From an uncultured Lachnospiraceae bacterium (lineage in GTDB: Bacteria; Bacillota; Clostridia; Lachnospirales; Lachnospiraceae), in NCBI GenBank assembly GCA_946558695.1, contig CAMNTQ010000004.1, forward strand, positions 7,567 through 71,566: DNA of 64,000 nucleotides, written 5' to 3'. The translations under genes were made by a program, and so were the position numbers. The notes below the pieces were generated by a model that saw nothing but the letters and a program-made list of their open reading frames with translations, did no database searches and was not told the DNA's origin. Positions 63,750-64,000 of this stretch are shown here, piece by piece (position 1 is the stretch's first letter; the number at the start of each line of letters is the position of its first letter).

Positions 63750-64000
63750 ATGGATGCAAAATTTTTGATTTCGGGCGATACGGCGGTTTCGGTTCAGCTG
63801 GGAGATGAGATCAGCCTAAAGGTCAATCAAAAAGTGCGGGGGCTTTTTGAGGAGCTGACGAAGAAGCCGATTGACGGGATTACGGAGATGGTACCTACTT
63901 ATGCTTCGCTTATGGTTCATTACAGACCGCAGGTAATACGGTATAAAGAGCTGAAAGAGGAGATTGAAAAACGGCTTGACAATTTAGAAGAAGTAAAAGA
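63750..64000 (+). CDS. pxpB: 5-oxoprolinase subunit PxpB/KipI family; 3'-truncated by the window edge
   Basis: AAGGAG RBS; MDAKFLISGDTAVSVQLGDEIS...EMVPTYASLMVHY. Confidence 0.82.
   Translation, partial: MDAKFLISGDTAVSVQLGDEISLKVNQKVRGLFEELTKKPIDGITEMVPTYASLMVHYRPQVIRYKELKEEIEKRLDNLEEVK

Overview
Chromosomal window from an anaerobic Firmicute, most likely Lachnospiraceae-like (inferred from gene content, AGGAGG ribosome-binding sites and protein families). 1-18 kb is mixed housekeeping: a zinc-type sugar-phosphate reductase, an APC permease fused to two TrkA-C domains, an ECF sigma/anti-sigma pair, Spx/ArsC and ZIP genes, a pyruvate formate-lyase split into a catalytic core and a separate glycyl-radical protein, pflA, glyA, and NrdR-controlled nrdD separated from nrdG by four genes. 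18.4-50.9 kb is a large arabinose/galactose utilisation region: two YesM/YesN-type two-component systems, YtfQRT-YjfF-like and MglBAC transporters, AraNPQ, GH43, two GH51 genes, a polyol dehydrogenase, and araA-kinase-araD. 50.9-57.6 kb holds a sodium:solute symporter, an amidohydrolase, a candidate antisense sRNA, an MBL hydrolase and a PLP enzyme with LysR. 57.6-63.6 kb is an accessory patch, largely AT-rich: truncated ECF sigma, S8 protease, secreted pre-pro protein, small membrane protein, IS21/phage/HipA relics and two PIN toxin-antitoxin pairs. The start of pxpB closes the window. No rRNA, tRNA or CRISPR array was seen. The best leads are the split PFL, the anti-RBS sRNA and the protease/secreted protein/putative immunity cassette. 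All family assignments are by eye from motifs; no database search was run.
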